The translations under genes and the position numbers were made by a program. The notes beneath the pieces are model-generated. The model ran no database searches. It was not told where the DNA came from and was given only the letters and a program-made list of their open reading frames with translations. This document shows positions 9,376 to 19,583 of a stretch of 46,641 bases of DNA, in pieces. This stretch comes from Candidatus Hodarchaeota archaeon (lineage in GTDB: Archaea > Asgardarchaeota > Heimdallarchaeia > Hodarchaeales > Hodarchaeaceae): NCBI GenBank assembly GCA_016839785.1, contig JAEOTQ010000045.1:1-46641 (forward strand), in the 5' to 3' direction. Numbering within the stretch: the first letter of the stretch is position 1; every line of letters starts with the position of its first letter.

Positions 9376-10467
9376 TCAGATAAGTGATTTCCTATCACTT
9401 GCTTTCCAAGCTCCGAATTTGAAGACGTCGTAGAGTGCAGAGAGAAAAGCAATTACCGTAGACACACCAATAATAACTCTCACGATCAAATCGGCATTTT
9501 GTATAAACCAAAACATATCTGGATTAGCGAGAAACTCAGGAGGAGCAGTAGCAGTAATTGCCGCAAGGAGTGTAAAGGGAAAGTAGATGATCAAAATTAT
9601 TCCTGCCATTCCACCAACAACATTTTTCAGTGCAGAGGCTAATCGAGTTACTCTAATTCGTCCAAACAAGACGATAAATGCGTTATAAGCGACACTGACG
9701 CTTAATGAAAAGTATACAGCAAACCCACTGATCAGATACCAATTTTCGTTGAAAATTGGAAAATCTGAGATTTCTAGATACAGCAAAAAGGCAATAGCCA
9801 GTACAGTAAATAAGCCTCCAAAGAAACCTCCGAGATGTTGTCCAAATGCAGGCCAAAAACCTACCTCTGAGATTCTAGGTTCGTCTTTTACATAATAGTA
9901 ATCCAAGGATTTCTTTGGAACAGGAGTAGTCCGTTTATTAAATTCAGCTTTAATATCCTCATATGATTTTTGAAATGATATCCGAAGCTTTAACATTTGC
10001 TCCTTGAATGTTTTTTCATCAGTAATATATAATGCCATGATGAAGAACGCTATTCCAATGAAACCCATGATGAAAGATAAAAACGCAACGAATGGATCAT
10101 TCGTAGCAATTTGAATTATCCAGGCAATTACCATAATTCCTATGAATCCAGCCATCGCAAGAATTATGAATTGCTCATTCTGTATTTTCGATTCAGGCCT
10201 ACTCAAAGGAGTTTTCCATTCAGTAGTAATGTTTGATTCCTCTTCTAAGAATTTAGTTGCTAAAACTTTAGGATCTTCCATTATCATTAGTGCTTGTTCA
10301 AATGCTTCATAAATTGATGTCCCTTTCTCTTTTTCAGAAATATTGTGGGCAAGATCCCATATATGTGCTTGTAATTCTTTCAAAATTTGATCCTTATCTG
10401 CTAATGGGTCTAAATATTTGCCGACCTCAGCCAAATAAGCATCAACTTCTTTATATGTTGTATTCAT
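9376..10467 (-). CDS. HAAS (DUF1700-like) signalling domain membrane protein, PadR partner
   Basis: N-terminal VDAYLAEVGKYL...ILKELQAHIWD...MEDPKVLA is typical of HAAS; multiple TMs follow; overlaps the padR stop. Confidence 0.75.
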   Translation of the reverse strand: MNTTYKEVDAYLAEVGKYLDPLADKDQILKELQAHIWDLAHNISEKEKGTSIYEAFEQALMIMEDPKVLATKFLEEESNITTEWKTPLSRPESKIQNEQFIILAMAGFIGIMVIAWIIQIATNDPFVAFLSFIMGFIGIAFFIMALYITDEKTFKEQMLKLRISFQKSYEDIKAEFNKRTTPVPKKSLDYYYVKDEPRISEVGFWPAFGQHLGGFFGGLFTVLAIAFLLYLEISDFPIFNENWYLISGFAVYFSLSVSVAYNAFIVLFGRIRVTRLASALKNVVGGMAGIILIIYFPFTLLAAITATAPPEFLANPDMFWFIQNADLIVRVIIGVSTVIAFLSALYDVFKFGAWKASDRKSLI

Positions 10468-10865
10468 TTTAATTCCTTCTCAGTTGTTTCGATTAAGTCT
10501 TCTAAGATTCCATAATAGTGAATCCAATTCTGCCAAAGAGCTTGATAAGCCCTTTCACCCTTGGGAGTTAGATGATAGTGTTTACGTGCAGGTCCCGACG
10601 ACGAAACCTTCAATTTATGTTCAACCATCTTTTCTTTTTCGAATCGTCTCAGAATTGCATAAAAAGTGGCCTTTGTACCATCAAGCTCTCCCTGAGTGGC
10701 TTCAATTAATTTCTCTCCAATAAGATAACCATAAATTCCTTCATCTTGATATTTTTTTATTATCGCAAGTAATGCAAGACGATTTGCATTATTTAAGAGA
10801 TTAAGAATTTCTTTGGTCACCCATTGAGTGATTTCATCAGTTTCTGTCAAAGCGTAATACCTCAA
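10464..10865 (-). CDS. PadR family transcriptional regulator
   Basis: YGYLI, TFYAILRRFEKEKMV, SGPARKHYHLTPKG, C-terminal W-containing helix. Confidence 0.9.
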   Translation of the reverse strand: MRYYALTETDEITQWVTKEILNLLNNANRLALLAIIKKYQDEGIYGYLIGEKLIEATQGELDGTKATFYAILRRFEKEKMVEHKLKVSSSGPARKHYHLTPKGERAYQALWQNWIHYYGILEDLIETTEKELK

Positions 10866-11082
10866 ATAGTATTATCATCTACTAATAGCGAGTTGAGACT
10901 AGCCTTAAAAGTACTTCGCTTTCAGCATTTGATGTGTGTTAAATCATGACAGGTATGTGCAAAATTTGCAGATTTTCTCCAAGAAAATGACTTGTTCGGA
11001 CTTGATAAATGAGTCTTAATGATTTCTCATCGTATTAACTAATGTTTATTATGAATCAGCTATATCCTAATTCTGAAGTTAG

Positions 11083-13410
11083 TTGCCCCCCCGTAATCCT
11101 TCACTTGATTTTATCGTTATTATTTTATTAGGCGCAATTTTACCTATTATCTTAGGAACATTTATAGGAACTTTCGTGTATTCGGAAACCACGAATCGAG
11201 CGAATTTTCTTGCTAGCAATTCTCTTTCACAAACCGCACATAAAGAATTAAACACAACTCTTTCTGCTCAAACAGGAATACTTGATGAATTCTTCTATGA
11301 TTTTGAAGTGGTTATTAGTAATACTCGTAATTATTTAGAAAGTTTATTAAAATTTCCAAATATTGGCTCTAGTTGGAATAATTCGTTATTTCGGAAAAAC
11401 CAAGACGGAATGATAGGTTTAACATCAGATGTAGGGTATGGTGACGTTTTCTTATTTCCCTCAATTGAAATGAATAGTACCATTAATACTACAATAGATT
11501 ATTTATCCTCTGGGAATTCTTACTTCAATTCAATCATCAAATCTGGTTCCATTTTACACGCGTATTTCTCTACTGAAATAGGTGTTAATTGGGTATATCC
11601 CTACATAAATGCCCTTTCTTTTCTCGATTCTAACACCACTGCAAAGCAACGTCCATGGTATCAAGTCGTTCTTCATAATAATGACACTAATTGGTCGATA
11701 TATACAGATGCATTCACCAGTAATCTTACAGCTACAGTATCAACATCATTCTATAACAGGTCTACATTCTTTGGAGTCATTGGCCTTGATATATCTCTCG
11801 CAACAGTCGAAGAGGAACTAACTGCATTTTCATATAGCGAAACAAGTTACGCTCTTCTGTTGAATCGTTCTCTGGCAATTATCAGCAAGTCAGTTCTCTC
11901 ACCTGGTGATCCTGGATATGATGAACTTATTAATGCTACAGAAATAGATTTTCCAATTTTTCCTACACTTTACGAATCATTGATCGATGGTTTTGATGAT
12001 AAATCTGGTATTGTCATTACAAAATTAGGAACTGGCCCTACTTACTCTGTTGAAGAACCTAAACTAATACTCTACACATCTCTTGAATGCGTTGATCTCC
12101 TATTTTGTATTGTCATAAGTGAAGCTGATATTAATATTATAGCAGAAGCCATACTAGATTTATATAATTCATCTGCAGGTCAGTTTGTGCTTAGCCAAGT
12201 AATTACAATTGTTGTTATCTTCTTTTTAGCGTTTTTATTATCATTTATCGGGTCCAGTTATGGAATTAGAGGGATTTTTAGATCACGTACAAGATTAACA
12301 GAAGCTAAACTAGAAAAAACTGAAAAAGACTACCAGGATTTATTTGAAGAGACACCTCTGGGATTATATCGCTCGACCCCTAGTGGACAATTCATTGCAG
12401 CTAATAAAGCGTTTGTTCAATTATTAGGTGCAAAATCGTTTGAAGAACTCCAAAAATGGAACATTGATGACTTAACAAAAGAGATTGAATATCCACGAGC
12501 TGATTTTGCTAGGAAAGTAGCTGGAAGTAATAAAACAGAAACATTTGAATTTCGGATAAAACGATTAGATGGATCTTACATATATATTCGCGAACTTTCA
12601 AGAGCTGTCATAGATATCGATGGATCTGTGATTTCTTATGAAGGGTCGATGGAAGATATTTCGAAACAAAGGGCGGCTGAGTTTGCAAAAGCAGTCCTAG
12701 AGCAAAAACGGTCTGATTTCATTTCTATGACCACACATGAGCTGAGAACCCCATTAACCGCTATCAAAGGTTTTACTGAAATACTCGAAAGGAGTCAGGA
12801 AGGAGATATTAATAAAGAAAAACGTACACAGATTTATTCATTGATTAAGAAAAATACAATACGTCTTGAAAGATTAATCCAAGGGGTTAGCGAATTTACC
12901 CGTATAGAGCAAGGGAATTTTGATTTACAGTTGGAAGAGTTCAAATTATGTGATTATCTTAAGTTTTTAATTCCTGTATTTGAAACTTTGCTCGGACATC
13001 CTATTCAAATTATCCAACATTCTCCTAATACGATTTGTTGGGTCAATGCAGATAAAGATAGAATTGAACAAATCCTTACCAATCTTATTGATAATGCCAT
13101 TAAACAGACTCCTGAAGATAACCGAAATATTGTAATCGAAACTGAAATCCTAGAGGATGTAATTCAACTCAAAATTAGTGATAATGGTTGTGGAATTTCA
13201 ACAGAAAATTTGGAGATAATTTTTGATCAATTTGTCTCCTTACCCACCCAATACTCGGTAGTGGGGACAGGTATTGGGTTATACGTTTCCAGATTACTTG
13301 CAGAGGCTCATGGCGGTTCACTTCATGCAGAAAGTGAAGGAGCAGGACTAGGGTCAACATTCATACTGAAATTACCGCTTTTACAAAGTAAGAATCATTC
13401 AACTGACTAA
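11083..13410 (+). CDS. Membrane sensor histidine kinase (dCache-PAS-HisKA-HATPase_c)
   Basis: Two TMs flanking a Cache domain (RPWYQ, YTDA, GVIGLDI); PAS; H-box THELRTPLTAIKG; N-box NLIDNAIK; DNGCGI; GTGIGL; GSTF. Confidence 0.92.
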   Translation: MPPRNPSLDFIVIILLGAILPIILGTFIGTFVYSETTNRANFLASNSLSQTAHKELNTTLSAQTGILDEFFYDFEVVISNTRNYLESLLKFPNIGSSWNNSLFRKNQDGMIGLTSDVGYGDVFLFPSIEMNSTINTTIDYLSSGNSYFNSIIKSGSILHAYFSTEIGVNWVYPYINALSFLDSNTTAKQRPWYQVVLHNNDTNWSIYTDAFTSNLTATVSTSFYNRSTFFGVIGLDISLATVEEELTAFSYSETSYALLLNRSLAIISKSVLSPGDPGYDELINATEIDFPIFPTLYESLIDGFDDKSGIVITKLGTGPTYSVEEPKLILYTSLECVDLLFCIVISEADINIIAEAILDLYNSSAGQFVLSQVITIVVIFFLAFLLSFIGSSYGIRGIFRSRTRLTEAKLEKTEKDYQDLFEETPLGLYRSTPSGQFIAANKAFVQLLGAKSFEELQKWNIDDLTKEIEYPRADFARKVAGSNKTETFEFRIKRLDGSYIYIRELSRAVIDIDGSVISYEGSMEDISKQRAAEFAKAVLEQKRSDFISMTTHELRTPLTAIKGFTEILERSQEGDINKEKRTQIYSLIKKNTIRLERLIQGVSEFTRIEQGNFDLQLEEFKLCDYLKFLIPVFETLLGHPIQIIQHSPNTICWVNADKDRIEQILTNLIDNAIKQTPEDNRNIVIETEILEDVIQLKISDNGCGISTENLEIIFDQFVSLPTQYSVVGTGIGLYVSRLLAEAHGGSLHAESEGAGLGSTFILKLPLLQSKNHSTD

Positions 13411-13461
13411 TCAATAGTAGATTCAGTCAATTTCAGTGAAGAAATATAGGGAACCGAATAA

Positions 13462-13477
13462 ATAGAGATATCTCTAT
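13462..13477. promoter_or_regulatory. Perfect 16-bp palindrome, candidate operator of the ABC exporter operon
   Basis: ATAGAGATATCTCTAT is self-complementary and lies 100 bp upstream of ATG 13578. Confidence 0.45.
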
Positions 13478-13577
13478 ATGACATATTAAATCCTTTACCC
13501 ACATCTTCACTCTTTTATACTCTATATTTTTTCGAAGCTTATCTAGCATCAAATGAAAATAATCAGTTGTAATCACA

Positions 13578-14510
13578 ATGAGCTTCGATATAACAATAAC
13601 TACTGATCAACTCTCGAAATACTATGGTTCAATTCGAGGAGTGGAAAATATTTCTATAAAAGTTCCAGCTGGGGGGGTGGGATTTCTCGGTCCCAATGGT
13701 GCAGGTAAAACCACTTTGATTCGTACATTATTAGGTATTATTCGACCGACAAAAGGAACTGCTCACGTTTTAGGATATGATATAAAATCCGATATCAATC
13801 AAATACGTGATCGCATTGGATATATTCCTGAATTTAACACCGCATTTATTCCAGACATGACAGCAATGAAATTTATAGCCTTCTGTGGGCGAATGAACGG
13901 ATTATCAGGTGCCGAATCTAAGCAGCGTGCGAGCGATTCCCTATATTATGTTGGCTTGGGTGAAGAACGTTATAGAAAATTGGGAACGTTCTCCCTAGGA
14001 ATGAAACAAAAAGTAAAACTAGCTTCTGCGCTAGTTCATGATCCTGAAATCATTATCGCGGATGAACCCACTAATGGTCTTGACCCGAATGGACGTATAC
14101 AGATGTTAGATCTAATACGTAATTTACAAACCGACCAAAATAAACATGTCATATTAAGCTCACATTTACTTAGAGACGTAGAACAGACAACAGATTATGC
14201 TATTGTCTTCTCAGAGGGAGAAATCCTTGCTCAGGGGAGAATTAAAGACTTGACCTCTGGTCGAAGCACTTCCATAAGTGTGAAAGTGAAAAACAACGAG
14301 GAGCAGTTCATCAATTCATTGAAAAATGATGGATTAGAAGTATGGGTCGAAGGAGGTTACATCGAGGTAACCAAGTCAGTAAATATCGAGAAAGTCATTT
14401 TCAGAACTGCCTATGAAGCGGGTGCAGAAATTCGATACTTTGGTAGTCGATCGAGGACTCTAGAAGATGTGTTTGTAGATTTATTCAAAGATAAGGAGGG
14501 GATCCAATGA
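13578..14510 (+). CDS. ABC transporter ATP-binding protein (ABC-2/DrrA-like)
   Basis: GPNGAGKTT, FSLGMKQK signature, IADEPTNGLD, SSH. Confidence 0.93.
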   Translation: MSFDITITTDQLSKYYGSIRGVENISIKVPAGGVGFLGPNGAGKTTLIRTLLGIIRPTKGTAHVLGYDIKSDINQIRDRIGYIPEFNTAFIPDMTAMKFIAFCGRMNGLSGAESKQRASDSLYYVGLGEERYRKLGTFSLGMKQKVKLASALVHDPEIIIADEPTNGLDPNGRIQMLDLIRNLQTDQNKHVILSSHLLRDVEQTTDYAIVFSEGEILAQGRIKDLTSGRSTSISVKVKNNEEQFINSLKNDGLEVWVEGGYIEVTKSVNIEKVIFRTAYEAGAEIRYFGSRSRTLEDVFVDLFKDKEGIQ

Positions 14511-15511
14511 GCGACGAAACAGGCCAAAATGATGCCTATGTACGGAAATTCACCTTCCGACCGTTCACTGGATTGCGTCGAGGGCGGGTATATAGAATAT
14601 GGTCTATCTCCTGGCAATGGTGGACTCACGAATGGGATCGTTCTCGTGCGATCAAAATTTTAATAGGTTTTCAATTGTTTACACTACTCATTACAAATAT
14701 AATTCTTCTTTCTTTTAGGGGGCTCATTCCTGGCATAGCTACTGAACAGCTCCTCGAGGATACGCTAATATCCCTAGTTCGTGGTATCGTAAGTTTTAGA
14801 ACCGAGATTCACGCGGACACCAATGGATCTGGTGATGAATTTGGAAATGGTGGCTTTACTATTGGAGGATCGAGCTTCTTTATCTTAATACTCTGCGTTC
14901 TCGTAGGTTCAGGACTTATTGCGGATGATATAACAAATAAAACAAATGAGATATATTATGCAAAACTGGAGAAATATGAGTATATTGCGGGGAAATTTGG
15001 GGCATATTTCATCTTTGGAAACGTCATCATTACCCTCCCATATGTGTTGGAGTTCTTTTTACTATTTATAGGATTGGGGAATATGGATTTCGTGACTGTT
15101 TTTCCTGTTCTCATCCATGTAATCCTCTTCACTGAAATAGTAAATCTAACCTTTTCTGCGATTATTCTTGCATTATCTTCCTTAACTGGAAGGCGATTAT
15201 ACGCAGGTCTTACTGCTTTCATGCTACTGTTTTTAGCCAACATGATTGTTCCAACACTTGCATTCAATACAGGACAGGAAATTGGATTGCCACTTTTAAC
15301 TGATGTTTTAACCCTTCTACTGATTTGCTCATATATTATTGATGGTGATACCATCATATCTCTTACAGACTTCGAGGGGATTGAGCACACTCTAAATCTT
15401 ACAAATGGGGTCGGTATTGAGGGTTGGATGATTCTTGGCAGTCTTGGATTAGTCATAATGTTTGGGGTTCTAATAGTAGTATTTCAGGTAAATAGGAGGC
15501 ATAGCTCATGA
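14507..15511 (+). CDS. ABC-2 type transporter permease
   Basis: About 6 TMs, GSGLIADD...YIAGK motif; ATGA overlaps with neighbours. Confidence 0.82.
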   Translation: MSDETGQNDAYVRKFTFRPFTGLRRGRVYRIWSISWQWWTHEWDRSRAIKILIGFQLFTLLITNIILLSFRGLIPGIATEQLLEDTLISLVRGIVSFRTEIHADTNGSGDEFGNGGFTIGGSSFFILILCVLVGSGLIADDITNKTNEIYYAKLEKYEYIAGKFGAYFIFGNVIITLPYVLEFFLLFIGLGNMDFVTVFPVLIHVILFTEIVNLTFSAIILALSSLTGRRLYAGLTAFMLLFLANMIVPTLAFNTGQEIGLPLLTDVLTLLLICSYIIDGDTIISLTDFEGIEHTLNLTNGVGIEGWMILGSLGLVIMFGVLIVVFQVNRRHSS

Positions 15512-16437
15512 ATGAACTGATCGAACTAACAAACGTATCTAAAGCGTTTGGAGATGTTGTTGCTATATCTAATTTAAGTATGCATGTTAAAACAGGCTCT
15601 ATAACTGGATTTCTAGGTCCTAATGGATCAGGAAAGTCAACTACTCTGAAATGTGTCATGGGCGAACTTTATACAGATCTTGGAACCGTAAAAGTATTTG
15701 GAGAAAGCCCTATAAATAACATTAGGCTTAAACGACGAATTGGATATGTTTCGGAACATGACGACTTATATCCGTGGATGAAGGGGAAGCAATTCGTCTC
15801 CTCACTTGCTAGATTATTGGTGCCTCGTGAAGAGGCCGAAAACGCAGCCAAAGAGGCATTAAAAAAAGTTGGATTAGCAGTCAAAGGAAAAAAAATACGT
15901 GCTTATTCAAAAGGAATGAAACAAAGGCTGAAAGTAGCTGCAGCAATCGTACATAATCCTGATTTACTAATCTTAGATGAACCCTTTGGTGGCCTTGACC
16001 CCTTAGGACGTCGTGAAATGAAGAGACTTGTTTCAGAGCTCAATCAAGATGGGGTGACTGTTTTAATATCGAGTCATATATTGTATGAGTTAGATCAAAT
16101 GAGTACCCGCATGATTCTTATTCATAGAGGACAAACATTAGCTGAAGGAGCTCCATCTGAGATATTAGAATTAATAGATCAGTTTCCACACCAAATATTG
16201 ATTCATGCACCCATAGATCAACTCAAAAATCTTTCTAAGCTTATGATAGATGAATCAATCATCAGTTCTTTAAATTATGATATGGATAAAGCCGCTACCA
16301 ATTTAGTGGCGATTACAAACAACCCAAAAGAGTTCTATCCTACATTGACAAAATTAATTTCAGAGAATGATCTCTTCATTGAGCATTTGGAAAGTACAAC
16401 GGACAATATTGAAGCGATTTTTGAATTTTTAACTTAA
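15508..16437 (+). CDS. ABC transporter ATP-binding protein
   Basis: GPNGSGKST, YSKGMKQR, ILDEPFGGLD, SSH. Confidence 0.93.
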   Translation: MNELIELTNVSKAFGDVVAISNLSMHVKTGSITGFLGPNGSGKSTTLKCVMGELYTDLGTVKVFGESPINNIRLKRRIGYVSEHDDLYPWMKGKQFVSSLARLLVPREEAENAAKEALKKVGLAVKGKKIRAYSKGMKQRLKVAAAIVHNPDLLILDEPFGGLDPLGRREMKRLVSELNQDGVTVLISSHILYELDQMSTRMILIHRGQTLAEGAPSEILELIDQFPHQILIHAPIDQLKNLSKLMIDESIISSLNYDMDKAATNLVAITNNPKEFYPTLTKLISENDLFIEHLESTTDNIEAIFEFLT

Positions 16438-16453
16438 TGGAGGACTAAAAACA

Positions 16454-17260
16454 ATGAAAGTAATGCACAAAGATTCCAAATCTGAATATTCTGCTCCTCT
16501 TTTTTCACGGGGAGTTTTCTTGATGCAAATTTTTCTGAATAAATATATTTACGATAAAAAGACCTATATATTAATTCTGATAAGCTTCCTCCCCTTATTA
16601 ACAATTGGTAGTATTGATAGACCCAGGATAGATGACTTTGTTGAGCTAATCGGCCCAGATTCTATTGTTGGGTTTCTAATAATGCCCCTAGTATCTTTAA
16701 TCCTAGGTGTATCTGCAATTTCAGATGAAAAAGAAAATAAGACCATTAGTCAATTATTAGCTCGGCCTGTAAGACGAGAAGAAATCCTCTTGTCCAAATG
16801 GATTACTATTATGATTATTGGTTTAATTATTACCTTTATTAATAGTATCATACTATATCTTGGATTTTATCTCCTCCTACCTGGATCGATAAGCTTTTTC
16901 GGGAACCTCCTTGTTCTCTTAGGAGTCTACCTCTCTCTCGGTTTGTGGTATGTTGTTTATGCTACAATATTCCTATTTATAGGAGTATTTCTAGATAAGA
17001 ATGCAATTGGACTAGGGTTAGCAATTGCTTATTTTGAAGCGTTTTTCAGTCAGTTCATTTTTGGATCTGGAACTGAAAAATCACCTTTCTCTGTTGCCAA
17101 CCATATATACCATATTACATCAGAATACTTCCTGAAGGACTATCTTTCATTTACTATTGCGAATTTCGATGTTTTCTCATCTGTTCTTGTTTGTATTGGA
17201 CTAATTCTGGGATTCCTAGCCCTATCTGCCTTCACAATACGGAGAAAGGACTTTCCGTAG
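16454..17260 (+). CDS. ABC-2 type transporter permease
   Basis: AISDEKENKTISQLLARPVRREEILLSKW is a typical ABC-2 permease motif; 6 TMs. Confidence 0.88.
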   Translation: MKVMHKDSKSEYSAPLFSRGVFLMQIFLNKYIYDKKTYILILISFLPLLTIGSIDRPRIDDFVELIGPDSIVGFLIMPLVSLILGVSAISDEKENKTISQLLARPVRREEILLSKWITIMIIGLIITFINSIILYLGFYLLLPGSISFFGNLLVLLGVYLSLGLWYVVYATIFLFIGVFLDKNAIGLGLAIAYFEAFFSQFIFGSGTEKSPFSVANHIYHITSEYFLKDYLSFTIANFDVFSSVLVCIGLILGFLALSAFTIRRKDFP

Positions 17261-17262
17261 TC

Positions 17263-18165
17263 CTACTTTTTTCTTTTCCGTAAGGATAATACAGCAGAGA
17301 CTGCCAGGAATATGGTAAAAAATTCAGCATTGTTGATATAATCTAATTCTTCTTCACGTTCAATTCGAATGTCTAAAGAAAAGGTCGCAGCATTACTATT
17401 ATTTACTGTCCCTTCCATATCAGAATTGATGTCATAATACAACAAAATTCCATTACTTTTTTCCCACTTAAATTCAGCAGCATACACAAAATCTAATACT
17501 ACCCCTGTAGAATCATCATTCAAGGTACCAGAATATTCTAACTCCATAAAGAATGATTTTTTTGTTTCTTCGTGATTTAAATAAAGAACAGTTTCGATTC
17601 CATCAATTGCACCATCTAAATCTGGAACAGATTGATTCCAGACATTGAAAAGTGATAACCAAGATAGTGTTGAGGGAACTACAAAGAACTCCTCTCCTGC
17701 AGAAATACCCGTTGTATTATCAAAGAAGTTCGTTTCGTTTCCCATAAAACTAAGACCTAAAGCATTTTGAAGGCCGAGTATTACTTGTGATTCATTACTC
17801 ACGATGTTTAGTGTACTTGAATTCGAGTGAAGTTGATACACAATACTTACTGGATCTTCATCATCCACAGCGATTACGGAGAGGTTCAAAAGTGATCCTA
17901 CAGGTAGATTTTCCCCCCCCAATGTATATCCTCTAGTAATTATCTCAGCGTCAAAAAATCCAAAGGAATATGCAAATGTTCTCTTAGCAACAAGAATTTC
18001 ATATGTCCATTCATCCCCAGAATCAACGTTATAGCTTGTTATATCTGCATTAGCGTTAGTGGGAATAAAAACCATTGCAAGAGATAGTAACATAACAAGA
18101 ATAAATTCTCTGGGTATTCCTCGTTTTAGCATTGACACTTTGTTCAATTCATTGATTCTCTTCAA
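17263..18165 (-). CDS. Secreted surface protein with C-terminal anchor (resembles Asgard choice-of-anchor S proteins); probable start ATG 18132
   Basis: Signal peptide ending ANA; beta-rich acidic body (GDEWTYEI, WEKSNGILL); TM + RKRKK at the C-terminus. Confidence 0.7.
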   Translation of the reverse strand: MKRINELNKVSMLKRGIPREFILVMLLSLAMVFIPTNANADITSYNVDSGDEWTYEILVAKRTFAYSFGFFDAEIITRGYTLGGENLPVGSLLNLSVIAVDDEDPVSIVYQLHSNSSTLNIVSNESQVILGLQNALGLSFMGNETNFFDNTTGISAGEEFFVVPSTLSWLSLFNVWNQSVPDLDGAIDGIETVLYLNHEETKKSFFMELEYSGTLNDDSTGVVLDFVYAAEFKWEKSNGILLYYDINSDMEGTVNNSNAATFSLDIRIEREEELDYINNAEFFTIFLAVSAVLSLRKRKK

Positions 18166-18240
18166 AATTTAAAAGGATTGAGTTTGTGGATTCGTCACTC
18201 TGGTCTAGTAGGATGGAAAGTATGAATCATCATTTTTTTA

Positions 18241-19401
18241 TCATTTCATAAACTCTCTAATTCGTTTAAATGCCTCTTTTATTTCATCTTCAGATCTAGA
18301 GAATGCTACACGAAAGTAGCCGTCAGCAGAATCCCCAAACGCCGTACCAGGTATTGTAGCAACATTCGCATGGTTTAAAATTTCCTCAACAACAAGTTCT
18401 GAGGGTTTATCTGAATAAGTGTACTTAATGAACCCGTAAAATGCTCCATCAACACTATCAAGTGATAACCCATCAACTGTTGAGACTTCATCAAGTAACA
18501 ATTGTCTACGGGCAGGAAATACGTCTTCGATGACTTTTTGAGCATCAAGTCTATGTTCCAAGGCAGTCACAGCACCCCATTGACAAAAAGTCGTTGCACA
18601 GCTAGTACTAGCTTGAATAAATCTCAAAATCCCTTGAGATAATGATTTATTTGCAATCGAATAACCGAGACGGAATCCAGTCATACTATATGTTTTAGAA
18701 AAACCATTCACAACGATAATATTCTCTCTCCAGTCTTTTAACTCAGTCAAGATAGTTTTGAAGGAGCTGGGAATATACATATAGTCGTTATAGATTTCAT
18801 CAGCGATTATCATAAGATTTGCATCTTCAATTAGATCCTTGACAAAAAAAAGTTCTGAAGAGGAAAGAATATGCCCAGTTGGATTGTTCGGGGAATTAAT
18901 TAGAAGTGCTTTGACCTGTGTATTTGAGAGAGTTTCCTTAATAGCTTCCTGATTCAGAGAAAAATCTTCCTGCATGGGAACAGTTAAGAATTGGCCACCA
19001 GAAAGACGTGTCATATCGGGGTAAGATACCCAATATGGTTCAGGAAAGAGAATTTTATCTCCCCGATTAAGTAGGGCATAAATTGATGCCAAGATACCTT
19101 GTTTTGCCCCTGATGTTACAATTATTTCTTCATTAGGATTTAATTCAACACTATGATCCTCAGAATAGACAGAAGCAATTTTTTCTCTTAGTTCTGGAAT
19201 TCCTGAACTTATAGCATACGTTGTTTTTCCCTGATTAATTGCTTCTATTGTAGCGTTTACTATAGGGGGTAATGGTTGAAAATCTGGTTGGCCTATTTCT
19301 AGGTGGATTATATCGTGTCCCTGGGCCTCTCTTTCTTTGGCCAATCGGAAAAATTTTGCAGTAGGTGACCCTTGAAGTTGTTTAAGTTGTTCTGATAACA
19401 T
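18241..19401 (-). CDS. aspC: PLP-dependent aminotransferase class I/II (aspartate aminotransferase-like)
   Basis: LEIGQPDF, TSGAKQG, NSPNNPTG, DEIY, GFSKTYSMTGFRLG (PLP lysine), PGTAFG. Confidence 0.88.
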   Translation of the reverse strand: MLSEQLKQLQGSPTAKFFRLAKEREAQGHDIIHLEIGQPDFQPLPPIVNATIEAINQGKTTYAISSGIPELREKIASVYSEDHSVELNPNEEIIVTSGAKQGILASIYALLNRGDKILFPEPYWVSYPDMTRLSGGQFLTVPMQEDFSLNQEAIKETLSNTQVKALLINSPNNPTGHILSSSELFFVKDLIEDANLMIIADEIYNDYMYIPSSFKTILTELKDWRENIIVVNGFSKTYSMTGFRLGYSIANKSLSQGILRFIQASTSCATTFCQWGAVTALEHRLDAQKVIEDVFPARRQLLLDEVSTVDGLSLDSVDGAFYGFIKYTYSDKPSELVVEEILNHANVATIPGTAFGDSADGYFRVAFSRSEDEIKEAFKRIREFMK

Positions 19402-19583
19402 TTACCTCACATCTAACCTTGAATTGTGTAATTATCCTTGATAACTATTCCCAAAGAATTTATTAATTCTAATCATACTTAATTCTAAAGGTTATACCTC
19501 GAGTTACTCAAAGCAACTATTTCATTTAGTAATTCCATTAGATGCAATACTTTTGCTATAAATGTTAAACCAAGTCCAGTGAA

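Noticed and set aside
10867-10884. TAGTA-N8-TACTA upstream of padR
   Set aside because: Plausible autoregulatory site, but 5-bp arms are too weak to call.
14956-15456. 166-aa minus-strand ORF, and similar nested or antisense ORFs (e.g. 20675-20950, 21999-22403, 30875-31210, 39917-40393, 46213-46515)
   Set aside because: They overlap well-supported genes and show no recognisable family features.
19463-19488. Direct repeat TTAATTCTAA x2 in a divergent promoter
   Set aside because: Short and AT-rich; cannot be distinguished from chance.
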